64,000 nt of DNA, taken from assembly GCA_038143065.1 (NCBI GenBank), contig JAYQLI010000035.1:576001-640000 (forward strand), given 5' to 3'. The position numbers and the translations under genes are program-made. This DNA comes from Rhodospirillales bacterium (GTDB taxonomy: Bacteria; Pseudomonadota; Alphaproteobacteria; Bin95). Shown here piece after piece: positions 22,739 to 34,097 of this stretch. The notes below the pieces were generated by a model. The model did not search any database. It had not been told where the DNA came from and worked only from the letters and a program-made list of their open reading frames with translations. The stretch's first letter is position 1. Each line of letters starts with the position of its first letter.

Positions 22739-23761
22739 TCAGGTTGGGTCAGGCGCAATACGGACAAGGAGTTTTCCAAAATTGTCACCTTGAAATAACT
22801 TAACGAAACCAGCAGGTGCGTTTTCCAGACCGTTTATCCAATCTTCTTTATATTTAATACGACCATCATCAATCCATTTCGCCATATGCCTTAAAGCATC
22901 TGGCCATAGATGATGAAAATCATAAACTAAAAAGCCCTGCATTCTTGCTCGCATTGGAATAAAAAAGCGAGTATTTCTAGGAACTAGTTCTGGTTCGGAT
23001 AAATTGTATTCAGCAATTCCACCACACACAGCAATTCTTGCTCCAACTGCTAGGTTTCGTGTGATTGCATCGAAAATATTACCGCCAACATTTTCGAAAT
23101 AAACATTGATCCCGGTTGGAGCCTTATCTTTAAGCGCAATATCTAGATCTTCGGTTTTATAATTTATACAGGCATCAAACCCCAAATCATCCACGACATA
23201 ATGGCATTTAGCTTCCGATCCTGCGATGCCAATCACACGGCAACCCATTATTTTTGCAATCTGCCCTACGATTGCACCCACCGCGCCAGAGGCAGCAGAT
23301 ACAACCACAGTCTCGCCAGGCTTTGGTTCGCCAACATGCAGTAATCCAAAATAGGCTGTCATCCCTGGCATACCAAGCACACCGTTTGCAGTAGATATAG
23401 GTGCTAGAGCCCGATCAATTTTTCTAAGACGTTGTAGAGGAGGAGTTGAGTATTCCTGCCACCCTAATGTTCCCTCAACTATGTCTCCAACCTTGAAGTC
23501 CGGATGCAGTGATACCGCCACCTCACCTACCCCACCGGCAGTCATTACTTCGCCAATCAGAATGTTTGGGGCATAAGTAGCGACGGAATTCATCCGACCC
23601 CTCATGTAAGGATCCAAAGACATAATTATTTGCCGAACTAAGACTTGCCCTGGTCTAGGCTCAGGTATTGAAACTTCTTCCAATCTGAAATTATCAGCGG
23701 ACACCATCCCATTTGGCCTATTGGCTAAAACTACGCGGCGATGGGTCTTAGGCAAGGTCAT
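22739..23761 (-). CDS. NADP-dependent oxidoreductase (CurA/prostaglandin-reductase-like MDR)
   Basis: SLDPYMRGRM, LGMPGMTAYFGL, VSAASGAVG, YFENVGG, GDNFGKL. Confidence 0.9.
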   Translation of the reverse strand: MTLPKTHRRVVLANRPNGMVSADNFRLEEVSIPEPRPGQVLVRQIIMSLDPYMRGRMNSVATYAPNILIGEVMTAGGVGEVAVSLHPDFKVGDIVEGTLGWQEYSTPPLQRLRKIDRALAPISTANGVLGMPGMTAYFGLLHVGEPKPGETVVVSAASGAVGAIVGQIAKIMGCRVIGIAGSEAKCHYVVDDLGFDACINYKTEDLDIALKDKAPTGINVYFENVGGNIFDAITRNLAVGARIAVCGGIAEYNLSEPELVPRNTRFFIPMRARMQGFLVYDFHHLWPDALRHMAKWIDDGRIKYKEDWINGLENAPAGFVKLFQGDNFGKLLVRIAPDPT

Positions 23762-23768
23762 AAACGTC

Positions 23769-24647
23769 TTATCCCTTTAAACCTGCAATTTTGGCAAATT
23801 TTTCTAGTTCAGTCAGATGCGACTTTGGGTCTGGTAAGTCTGAATCAATTGTTCTGAAACTAGCATGTGTCATGCCCAGCTCTTGCCAATTTTTAAGATC
23901 CGATTCCCAAGCCGCATCGCCTCTATTCCAGTGATGGATTGTAGCGTTAAGGCCATATGTTTCGGAGTCACGACCAAACTCGGCCTGCCATTGTGAAATC
24001 CGTTCAAGCAAACGTCGGGTCTCATCATTTGGTTCAGATCTAGGATTTAAAGAATAGCCATCGCCAAGGCGCACAGCGCGGCGAACAGCATTTTCTTCAA
24101 AAGCACCTATCCATATTGGAATTGGTTGTTGAACTGGTTTTGGATTGATCCCCATGTCATTGATGTCATGAAAGTCACCCTTGAAAGTGATGGCTTCTTC
24201 TGTCCAAAGGCGCCGCATTACCTCAATTTGTTCCTCAAAACGACGCGCCCGCGTACCATAGTGCATTCCTAAACCTTGGTACTCTTCAGGACTCCAACCA
24301 ATTCCGCACCCTAGGCGTAAACGCCCTCCAGATAATTTGTCTACTTCAGCAGCCTGCTTAGCAACCAGAGTTGCCTGACGTTGAGGCAATACGAGTACAG
24401 CGGAAGCAAAGGTAATTTTAGTTGTCAGTGCTGCCGCATATGAGAATAGTGTTAATGGTTCATGAAAAGAACGATCCACAGTGTAATAATGGGCCCAAGG
24501 TGCTCCCTTGGATTCACGATTACAAAGCACGTGGTCAATACAAAGGACGTGATCGTAGCCTAGGCCTTCTGCTGTTTGAAAAAAGTCTTTGACCATCGAC
24601 ATATCATCGCCGATTTCAGAGTGAGGGAAGACACATCCTATTTTCAT
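23769..24647 (-). CDS. LLM-class (luciferase-like) oxidoreductase, probably F420-dependent
   Basis: DHV, FHEPLTLFSYAAA, VLPQRQATLVAKQAAEVDKLSGGRLRLGCGIGW, PKPVQQPIPIWIG. Confidence 0.8.
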   Translation of the reverse strand: MKIGCVFPHSEIGDDMSMVKDFFQTAEGLGYDHVLCIDHVLCNRESKGAPWAHYYTVDRSFHEPLTLFSYAAALTTKITFASAVLVLPQRQATLVAKQAAEVDKLSGGRLRLGCGIGWSPEEYQGLGMHYGTRARRFEEQIEVMRRLWTEEAITFKGDFHDINDMGINPKPVQQPIPIWIGAFEENAVRRAVRLGDGYSLNPRSEPNDETRRLLERISQWQAEFGRDSETYGLNATIHHWNRGDAAWESDLKNWQELGMTHASFRTIDSDLPDPKSHLTELEKFAKIAGLKG

Positions 24648-24733
24648 AAGTTACAATTCCTTTTTGAGCTCTAATAGACAGCTAGCTAAAAGATTAAAAC
24701 TTAGCCTAATTAAGCTAGTATTTTTTAGGAACT

Positions 24734-25386
24734 TTAATTTTGCGTTTGTTGCCATCCATCTGGATCGGCAAGGAACGCCTTAACTTCCTTAACTACATCA
24801 GCAGAAAAATATCCATCGGACTCAGCCACCCTTATAATGTCTGACCAAGTGGCAAGTTCATGCAGATCAACCCCAAGCTCTTTGAGGCTAGTGCGGCTTG
24901 CGGAAAGATACCATAATGAAAGACTACAAACGTGTGTTGCACACTTGCGCCAGCAGTTTTCAAGGCGTTGATAAAGTTAATTTTACTTCCTCCATCTGTG
25001 GCAAGGTCTTCAACAAGAACCACACGCTGTCCTTCAGAGAGTACTCCCTCTATTTGAGCCATTCGGCCAAAACCTTTGGGTTGCTTTCTTACATAAAGCA
25101 TGGGCAATCCCATTCGTTCAGCTATCCAGGCTGCAAAAGGGATGCCGGCAGTCTCACCTCCAGCAATCGCATCGATACTTTCATAACCAGCGGCTCGCTC
25201 GATAGATTGGACTGCCAAATCCATCAAACGTGATCTTGCACGAGGAAAGGAAATTAATTTTCGGATATCCACGTAAACAGGGCTTTTACGTCCCGATGTA
25301 AAAACGAATGGATCTTTTCCGTCATACGCATACGCGGCTTTTATCTCGAGCAATATGCGGGCGGCTTCATCTGCAACGGCTGTCAT
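24734..25386 (-). CDS. pyrE: Orotate phosphoribosyltransferase (C-terminal frameshift)
   Basis: [44 protein letters not shown]; restored tail ..[11 protein letters not shown]. Confidence 0.92.
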
Positions 25387-25472
25387 GGAGTGGCGATTTC
25401 CTTAATGGCACTTGGTCTGTATTGTTACGGGCTTATCAGCCCAGATCAGCTGATGTTACCATCGAGATACCA

Positions 25473-26241
25473 ATGTTAGAAACAATTCTTCCGGGTTTAA
25501 CACCTGGTGCAATAACTTATATCGCAATTTGCGCATTTCTTTCCGCAGTATTTCATAGTGTGAGCGGTTATGCCGGAGGCTTAATACTCGCAATTTGTCT
25601 TGCTCCTGTTATTGGCGTGAAGGCAACTGTACCAGTCTTGGCTATGTCTCTACTGGTTTCTCATACAAGTCGTGCATGGGCATTCCGTGGTGGTTTTCAA
25701 TGGCCTCTTTATCGTGATGTTATGATTACAGCCCTTCCTGGAATCATCCTGGGAGCCTCTATCTACAGTCTCCTTCCAATTGAATGGATCGCCGTAGTCC
25801 TGGGGTGTTTTCTACTTGCCGCCGCACCTCTCCGTCGCTTGATGCAAAGAATGGACGTAAAGGTGGGGCGCAAAGCACTTATGGGCGCAGGTGTCCTTTG
25901 GAATTCTTTCTGGCTCGGCCATTGGTGCAGGTATGATACTTGCGCCATTTTTTCTCGCCGCAGGGCTCGCAGGCGAAGCTTTGCTTGGTACCATGGCTGC
26001 CATCGCATTCACCGTTAATGTGATGAAAACAGTGGTATTCAGCAGTTTTTCCGTTCTAACCTTAAACTTAGCATTGGTGGGAGTTGCCGTTGGTGCATGT
26101 ACCGTTCCAGGCAATCTTCTTGGACGTTGGATCGTTAGACATACCCCTATACGAGTTCATGTCTCATTAGTGGAGGCCGTTGTAGCGATTGGCGGCTTAT
26201 ATTTTCTGTGGCTTGCAGCCCAAAAATTTGGGTTTGTGTAG
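25473..26241 (+). CDS. Sulfite exporter TauE/SafE family membrane protein (frameshift near 25897)
   Basis: About 8 hydrophobic segments over two frames, with an SGYAGG N-terminal motif and the repeat FGILSGSAIGAG. Confidence 0.72.
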
Positions 26242-26437
26242 TCAAAGCGTTTCAATTTTAAAACGCTGGTCATGAGGTAAAGTTTATTTTGAAATGGACG
26301 TTTGATGTCTCTCTAACGTGAAAAGATCGGGATAAAGTGTCAAATTTTGAGGAAATTTAACCATTTGCGACATTCAAACCTCTTCGATTAACATTCAACA
26401 ATTAGAAAGCTTATGATTCTAAAGGACCAAATCTGAT

Positions 26438-28122
26438 ATGACCCAGTCTGTTTCTCGCCTGATAACTGAAAGCCTAGAAGCTCATGACGTTGACCAGGTT
26501 TTCTGTGTTCCAGGCGAAAGCTATATCGGTCTTACCTCAACAATGGTTGAGAGAAATTCCGTTCGCGTAATTGTTTGCCGACACGAAGCTGGAGCTGGTT
26601 TTATGGCTGCCGCTGACGGTCGCCTTCGCAACAGAGCTGGCGTCTGTATGGTTTCGCGTGGACCAGGGCTTTCGAATGGAATTGTAGCACTTCATTCTGC
26701 ATTTCACGATGCTACGCCATTGGTAATGCTAATTGGGCAGGTTGAGCGCAAAGATTTCGGTAGAATGGCGCTTCAAGAACAAAATTATTCAGTGTTGCTT
26801 GCTGATATTACAAAGCAGGTTATTGAGGTGAATGAGGCGGACACAGCCTCAGAAGCGATTTCTCGTGCGTTTCATATCGCAGAAAGTGGGACCCCCGGAC
26901 CCGTTGCAGTTATTTTACCAGAAGACATATTCGATGATGAGACTGCAGCCCCTGTTGATGCACCCAGACCTCAGGTTAAAGCGGCTCCGGCTGCTGATGA
27001 TTTAGCATTATTGGCTGATATGCTTAGGAAGGCAGAACGCCCATTAGTCCTTGTCGGTGGTGCTTTGATGGCCGATGCCGTTCGGGACCCAAACACTTTT
27101 TCCGATTTAAATAGGCTAGCTGAAGAATGGGTCTTGCCCATTTCGCCAACTCACCGTCGGCCTCAATTATTTGATGCCCATCACCCAAATTATGGGGGTT
27201 ACATGGGTATTCGTGTTCCGCCTGACCTCATCAATGAAATGAAAAAGCCGACTTAATGATAGCGCTTGGCGAGCGCATGACTGATACCGTCAGCCAATCA
27301 TATAGTTTTCCAACAGCGCCCCAACCTCAGCTGCCACTTGTTCATGTTTGGCCAGATGCCGATGAGGTTGGTCGTGTATTTCGACCCGATTTAGGGATCC
27401 CCGCCAGTCCTCATGAAACCATTAAATCATTACTCGCTCTTGGAACACCTGAGGATGCTTCAAAACGAAAGGATTGGGTCGAGGGTTTAAACACTATTCA
27501 TACTCGTTTGCTTGCTAAAGAATGGAATCCAACTCCCGACGGTGTAAATTTTGCTGCTGTAGTTTGTGAGATAGATAAACACCTTGCTGACGATGCCACA
27601 GTTACATCGGACGCTGGTAACTTCGGAAGCTTCCTTCATCGTTACATAGGTTTTCGACAAGGTCAGGTCTTTTTATCATCCGTGGTTGGAGCCATGGGAT
27701 CAGGAATGCCAATGGCTGTAGCGGCCTGTCTGCGAAGGCCAAATACTCAAGTGGTTGCTTTCATGGGCGATGGTGGTGCCTTGATGATGGGCAATGAGAT
27801 TGCCACCGCGGTTCAATACGGAGTTGCTCCAATTATGGTGATATCAGACAACTCAATGTACGGCACAATTGGAATGCATTCATATGTTAGATATCCAGAT
27901 CGTCCAATTATGGATGGTACACGTCTGACCAACCCGGACTTTGCAGAGTGGGGAAGAACCTTTGGAGCCGTTGGTATAACCATCAACGAAGAATCAGAAG
28001 TACAAGCTAAAGTTGCTGAAGCATTCGCAGTAAAAACCCGCCCAGTCGTCTTGCACTGTAAAACATCAGCTCTGCAAATGAGCGCGTGGCGCACGTATGA
28101 CCGTGCGCCATCAATTCCTTAA
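26438..28122 (+). CDS. ThDP-dependent enzyme, acetolactate-synthase-like (frameshift near 27245)
   Basis: FCVPGESY, CRHEAGAGFMA, SRGPG, GDG-x-DN ThDP motif (MGDGGALM..SDNSMYG). Confidence 0.88.
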
Positions 28123-28134
28123 GGAGTTACTGCC

Positions 28135-29154
28135 TTGGCGCATACAGATAAGTGGCTTTCGTTGCATGAAGAAGAAGTCATAGAACCAGACCTTCCAATT
28201 TGCGATCCTCATCATCATCTTTGGCACGAGCATGGTGGTCGTTTCGTAGAGCCAACCTACCTGTTTGAGCAAATCCATCGGGACGTAAACTCCGGTCATA
28301 ATATTGTTTCCACTGTATTTATTGAATGTGGTGCAATGTTTAAGGGGACAGGACCGGAGCACCTCAAGTGTGTTGGTGAAACCGAGTTCGTGAATGGCAT
28401 AGCTGCCATGAGTGCGTCGGGACGATACGGGGATTGTAGAATTGCAGCGGGAATTGTCGGAACTGCTCCCTTCTTATTAGGAGGGAAGTTAACGGCAGAA
28501 GCTTTAGATGCACAAATCAATGCTGGAGGTGGACGTTTTAGAGGAATACGCCTTGGCGCAACCTGGGATGCTAGCAACGATGTTCCAAATGCTAGGATAA
28601 ACCCTCCAGCAGATATGTATTCCACAAGTAAGTTTCGTGAAGCCTTTAGAGAACTGGCTCCAAGAGGACTATCCTTTGAAGGCTGGTGCTATCACCCTCA
28701 GATCCCTGAATTGACCGCTTTAGCAGATGCGTTTCCTGATGTGACGATCATCCTTGACCACTTTGGTGGCCCCCTAGGAATAGGGCCTTACGCAGGTAAA
28801 GAAGATGAAGTCTTTAGCAATTGGAAAATTAGTATCACTGAGTTAGCAAAGCGCCCCAACGTTATGGCTAAGCTTGGAGGATTAGTTATGGAGGTCAATG
28901 GCTTTGGTTGGGAGCGAGAGCCAAAACCTCCGTCAAGCCAGCAACTAATGGAACGAACACGCCGTTATTATGAAACCACAATAGGTTTATTCGGCGTAGA
29001 ACGGTGTATGTTTGAAAGTAATTTTCCCGTGGACATGATAGCGGGAACTTACCGAACACTCTGGAATAGCTTTAAAAGATTAACAGCTGATTATTCCGGG
29101 GATGAAAAAGCCGCCCTATTCCATGACACCGCAACGAGAGTCTACAGGATTTGA
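28135..29154 (+). CDS. Amidohydrolase_2 family protein (lactonase-like)
   Basis: CDPHHHLW, RFRGIR, ILDHFGGP, KLGG, MFESNFPVD. Confidence 0.85.
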   Translation: MAHTDKWLSLHEEEVIEPDLPICDPHHHLWHEHGGRFVEPTYLFEQIHRDVNSGHNIVSTVFIECGAMFKGTGPEHLKCVGETEFVNGIAAMSASGRYGDCRIAAGIVGTAPFLLGGKLTAEALDAQINAGGGRFRGIRLGATWDASNDVPNARINPPADMYSTSKFREAFRELAPRGLSFEGWCYHPQIPELTALADAFPDVTIILDHFGGPLGIGPYAGKEDEVFSNWKISITELAKRPNVMAKLGGLVMEVNGFGWEREPKPPSSQQLMERTRRYYETTIGLFGVERCMFESNFPVDMIAGTYRTLWNSFKRLTADYSGDEKAALFHDTATRVYRI

Positions 29155-29729
29155 TTACTATTATTATGCATTGTAGTTGCGACCCGGTTCATAAAATTTG
29201 AGTTGTCACCTTTGCATAATAAGTCAGAATTGTCCGCGATCGCTGTGAGTAATGGGTCTAACCAAGCGCCATCTTTTTTTGAGAAGTTACCCAACACATG
29301 ACCTGTAACTCTCTCAGGTCTCCCAGGATGCCCAATACCTATACGAACCCGCCAAAAGTCGGCCCCGCAGTGCTGAACCAGGGAACGGATACCGTTGTGT
29401 CCTGCTGCTCCTCCCCCTTTCCGTACTCTTAACTTTCCAGGATCAAGGTCTAGCTCGTCGTATAGTACGACCATCTGATCGGCACGGAGTTTGTAAAAAT
29501 TCATAGCTTCGCGAGCTGAATGCCCACTTTTATTCATAAATGTCTGTGGCTTGAGTAAGAGAGTACGCACCCCGCCAATACGAGCCTCCGCAACTAGGCC
29601 CTGAAACCGACTGCGGAACGAGCTTGCACTCGCCCGCTCCGCAATACGATCAAGCGCCATAAACCCTATATTATGACGATGACCCGCATATTCCTGCCCA
29701 GGGTTACCAAGCCCAACGAATGTGATCAT
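29142..29729 (-). CDS. pth: Peptidyl-tRNA hydrolase
   Basis: VGLGNPG..RHNIGF, KPQTFMNKSG, GHNGIRS, RIGIG. Confidence 0.96.
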   Translation of the reverse strand: MITFVGLGNPGQEYAGHRHNIGFMALDRIAERASASSFRSRFQGLVAEARIGGVRTLLLKPQTFMNKSGHSAREAMNFYKLRADQMVVLYDELDLDPGKLRVRKGGGAAGHNGIRSLVQHCGADFWRVRIGIGHPGRPERVTGHVLGNFSKKDGAWLDPLLTAIADNSDLLCKGDNSNFMNRVATTMHNNSNQIL

Positions 29730-29764
29730 TCGTGCGGCACCACAAAATCAGGAATTTATAGCGA

Positions 29765-30415
29765 CTACTCATCAGAAGCTGATTCGTCAGCATCCTCTGT
29801 TTCCTCTTCAGAACCAGCAGCTGCCGTTTCCTCAGCTGTTTCAACTACCTTAGTTGGAGCAGCAATGGTTGCTATGGTGAAGTCGCGATCGGTGATTGTT
29901 ACTTCTACGCCTTTTGGCAGGCTTACCGAGCTAATATGAACAGAGTCACCAACCTGGAAACCAGTCAGGTCAACCTCAATTTGCTCAGGTATTGCGTCTG
30001 GACGACAGGACACTTCAATGTCGTACCGGACAACATTCAAAATCCCACCTTCACGCAATCCAGGGCATTCATCTTCGTTAATGAACGATGCAGGGACAGA
30101 TACTGTGATAGTTGCATTTGCTGCAACTCGCAGGAAATCAACATGCATTGCTCTATCGGTAACTGGATGCACTTGCAGGTCTCTAGCAAGCACATTCATC
30201 TTATCGCCTTCAACATCGAGCTGAAATAACTGAGAGAAAAAACCAGATTGTTTTATCAAACGGTTTAACTCAAGCTCCTGAATACCCACCGAAATAGGTT
30301 CAGCTTCTGTCCCGTATACCACTGCAGGGATGATGCCTGCGCGACGTGCAGCTCGCGCAGCACCCTTACCTACGTTTTCACGGCGTGAAACCGAAATTGT
30401 TGTAATATCACTCAT
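29765..30415 (-). CDS. rplY: 50S ribosomal protein L25 / general stress protein Ctc
   Basis: GKGAARAARRAG.IPAVVYG, QVHPVTD..HVDF, acidic tail; AAGGAG SD before ATG 30415. Confidence 0.96.
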   Translation of the reverse strand: MSDITTISVSRRENVGKGAARAARRAGIIPAVVYGTEAEPISVGIQELELNRLIKQSGFFSQLFQLDVEGDKMNVLARDLQVHPVTDRAMHVDFLRVAANATITVSVPASFINEDECPGLREGGILNVVRYDIEVSCRPDAIPEQIEVDLTGFQVGDSVHISSVSLPKGVEVTITDRDFTIATIAAPTKVVETAEETAAAGSEEETEDADESASDE

Positions 30416-30436
30416 AGTACTTTTCTCCTTGCCTCC

Positions 30437-30480
30437 ACCGGACCGGCCTAACGGTTTCCGACTAACCGCAAGCGCCCGGC
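30437..30480 (-). promoter_or_regulatory. GC-rich hairpin in the rplY 5' leader (candidate cis-regulatory RNA)
   Basis: Minus-strand GCCGGG..CGGTT-AGTCGGA-AACCG..TCCGGT folds into an interrupted stem just 5' of the SD. Confidence 0.35.
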
Positions 30481-30545
30481 GCACGCGTTAAACAAGATCT
30501 CACCAAAAAAAGTCGGCAGGTTAAAATCTCGTAAAGAAATGAGCC

Positions 30546-31479
30546 TTAATCAAATAGGCTCGAAACAGATTCCTCTTCATTAATCCGTTTGACAGCCTCC
30601 CCAAGCAAGGGCGCTATCGACAACTGACGGATATTCCGAGCTTCTCTTACAGCTTCTGTTGCCTGAATGCTATCAGTAATAACTAATTCTTCCATAGGCG
30701 ACGCGGCAACACGAGCTACTGCTCCACCTGAGAGCACTCCATGCGTAACATAGGCTGAAACAGACGCAGCTCCTTTTTCCATAAGGGCAACAGCTGCATT
30801 GCATAGAGTACCAGCTGAATCAACAATATCATCAACTAGTATGCAACGACGTCCTTCGACCTCACCAATAATATTCATAACCTCAGACACACCAGCTTGG
30901 GGCCTACGCTTATCAATAATAGCTAACTCCGCATCCAAACGACTTGCTATTGCACGAGCTCTTACGACGCCGCCGACATCTGGAGATATAATAACAAGAT
31001 CATCCCCGCTGTAGCGTTCTCGTATATCTTGAACAAGGACTGGCCGACCGAAAAGATTATCCGTTGGAATGTCGAAAAAATCCCTGAATTTGGCCTGCAT
31101 GTAAATCAAGGGTAAGCACCCTGTCTGCACCTGCAGTGGTTATCAGGTTGGCTACTAACTTTGCGGATATTGGTGTTCTTGGCCCTGTTTTTCGATCCTG
31201 ACGAGCATAACCAAAATAAGGGATAACGGCAGTAACGCGCCTTGCTGACCCTCTACGCAAGGCGTCTAAGCATACTAGCAACTCCATTAGGTTGTCATTT
31301 GCTGGGAACGATGTGCTCTGTACAAGGAACACATCCTCACCTCTCACGTTTTCCTCTATTTCAACAAAAACCTCCATGTCAGAGAACCGTCGAATAGAAG
31401 CAGCAGTCAACTGTAAATTTAAGTAAGCACTAATTGCCGAGGCAAGCGGACGATTACTATTACCGGCTAGAACCTTCAT
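30546..31479 (-). CDS. prs: Ribose-phosphate pyrophosphokinase (frameshift near 31078)
   Basis: [53 protein letters not shown]. Confidence 0.96.
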
Positions 31480-31606
31480 TTAACCCGCTCCCAAGGCCGC
31501 TATTACCAATAAAACAGAACCGGAAGTTTGCACCCCGGCCGGTATTGAAATTGTTTAACTCCGAGTGAGAGGAGTGTAAACGGTGGCTTCATATCTCAAC
31601 GCCGGG

Positions 31607-33294
31607 TCAGAACGCCGCGCTTTCATCTTGATGTACTTTCACCAGAGCTCGATTATACGCCAGCATGATATCTCGCTCGTGAATAACCCCTAAAATCTTT
31701 TTATTTTCCAAGCTATTAACCACAGCAATATGAGCCTCATCCTGATACTCCATCATCTTCAAGGCGTCCTCTAAATTATTGGATGCCTCAAGCATCGGAG
31801 GATTTAGGCGCACGATATCGCGGGCAACTACAAGTGTATCTAATTCCCGATCAAAGGCCTCTGGCGCGAAATCTGATAAAGTAATTGTCCCAATCAGGTG
31901 ATCTTCGCGATCCACAACAAAAAGTTCACCAAACGCTGCGGCTTGAAGTTTTATCCTTACCTCCGACATAGGGATATCAGGATAAGTTCTAGCAAAATTT
32001 TGCTAAGGACCTTTTCGACTTCAATGTCCTGCAATAAATCTGATTCCAATCTATTTTTTGCAACATCAATCCCACGGTCCGATAATTGCCCGCGGAAATA
32101 AGATGGACCGTGAAGGGCGCTGGTCGTCGCAATGGCAGCAACAACTGCAACCATGACAGCAGTTGTAAGAGAATAGTCTGTGGTAATCTCAAAAATCATG
32201 AGGATAGTTGATATTGGGGCTCCAAGTGTTGAAGCTGCGTAAGCACCCATACCTACTAACGCGTAAGCTCTTTCACCGGCAAAAATATCTTCACCAACCC
32301 CCACCATCCCTGGCGCAATTTGACCTGCTATAATACCAAACGCGCCACCGATAACCGCGCCAAGAAATAATGAAGGAGAAAAAATTCCTCCGCCAAATCC
32401 ACTGCCCAAAGTGATCGCTGTAGCGGCAGTTTTTGCAAATATAAGGCCTAATAAAAATACAAAGCCAAATTCCATTTTAAGAGCACTTGAAGTTGCTCCA
32501 TAACCAACCCCCAATACTTGCGGAAAACTAAGAGCAATAAGCCCAATTAAAAAGCCACCAATCATTGGTCTAAAATATTGAGGAATTCGTAACTTATCGT
32601 GAATTTTGGAAACGAATGGGACGGATCTCATAAAGGCGATAGCACACATCGCAGTTATTACGCCCAACAGAGCGAATGCCGGATACTCCCAATATGATCC
32701 GAGATTATAAGGAGCTAACTGGAAAGCTGGATAGGCTCCATAAACCGATCTTGTAAAAGCGGTGGCTAAAACGGACGCTGCAACTGTGGGAGCTAAAGCA
32801 CTCACAGCGTAGTGCCCAATTACAACTTCAAGGGCAAAAAATACGCCTGCAAGAGGCGCATTAAATGCTGCTGCTACTGCTGCTGCTACGCCGGAACCTA
32901 GTAAGATCCTAGCACTTCCTTTGGGGAGCCCCAGTACTTTGGCAAACCATGCCCCAATAGTGGCTCCCAAGTGTACAACTGGCCCTTCACGTCCAGCCGA
33001 TGCTCCTGCCCCAATTGAAGCGGCGTTAACAACCGCGCCATGCAGACCTGTCTTTAGAGACATCTTGCCGCCCGTCAATGCACTAGATTCCATTACCTGC
33101 GCAACACCAACTGGTCGGCCATTTGGCAGAGTAAATTTAGCATAAATGCCAACGAATAAGCCACCAACTGTTGGAGCAGCGATTATCCAATACCAGGGCA
33201 GGTCAGCAAAAAGCTGCCATTGCGTATCATCTGTGAATTTAAAGAACACCCATTGAACTAAAGCTGTGCATTCTCGGAACCCCAGCGAAAGCAA
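31607..33294 (-). CDS. ClC-family anion channel/transporter with C-terminal CBS pair (frameshift near 31975; true start probably about 100 nt further upstream)
   Basis: GASAGREGP, AAAFNAPLAGVFFALE, GGIFSP; CBS domains in ORF 31607..31969. Confidence 0.88.
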
Positions 33295-33413
33295 GCCAGC
33301 TGCTAGTCCAACAAAGAGTGCAGTAATGAATAGCCTTAAGTGCGCATAATCAAATCGTCGGATCTTATCCGCCAGTGTCTTACAAAACGTGGCGAATGGA
33401 CTTAAAATTTGCT

Positions 33414-33899
33414 TTAGCCTTTGCGCCGAATGCCGATAACGCGCCCCACCTGATGAGGTTTGGGCAGCGAACTGTGAAGAGCCAGAGCACCTTGAAGTCG
33501 CTCCTGAAGATCCTTTGGCATTGGAGTGGATCGCCTGGTTTTCATATCGATATGAATACCAATTAATTCGTTAGTGGCGGCGAGATATCCTTTTTCCGCA
33601 TGGTGCATCTCATGAATGTAATGCAAGCGCTTTTCATCACAATCAAGCAAGTAGGTTGTGAAGAGAAGCTGATCTCCCTCCATTACCTCCTGATCATAGG
33701 TTATGTGACCTTCAAGCGTGAATGTAGAGCAATCAGAGGATTGTTTGTATGAGAGACCAAGGCCAAGAGCATCGTAGAAAGCATCTGTTGCCTCATCAAA
33801 AGCCGCTACGTAATAAGCGACATTCATATGTCCATTATAGTCGATCCATTCAGGTCGAACACGGCCAACATATTCTTTGTAAGGTGCAGGAAAATTCAT
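33414..33899 (-). CDS. Thioesterase-family hot-dog protein
   Basis: VRPEWIDYNGHMNVAYY..FDEATD, DEKRLH. Confidence 0.82.
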   Translation of the reverse strand: MNFPAPYKEYVGRVRPEWIDYNGHMNVAYYVAAFDEATDAFYDALGLGLSYKQSSDCSTFTLEGHITYDQEVMEGDQLLFTTYLLDCDEKRLHYIHEMHHAEKGYLAATNELIGIHIDMKTRRSTPMPKDLQERLQGALALHSSLPKPHQVGRVIGIRRKG

Positions 33900-34097
33900 A
33901 ATTTGAAATATACCGACCTCACTACGGGCCGCAACCCATTTTGACATCATACCAAATAACTAGATCAATAAATTTTGTGATCAGAATAAAATTTTAGGTT
34001 AGTAGCAAAGGCAGGGACCTTTATTGTTTTACGCCAGTTTATTTAAATCCTAAAAAACTAAAAATTAGATGCAAAAATTGAAAATCCCCTGAATGTG

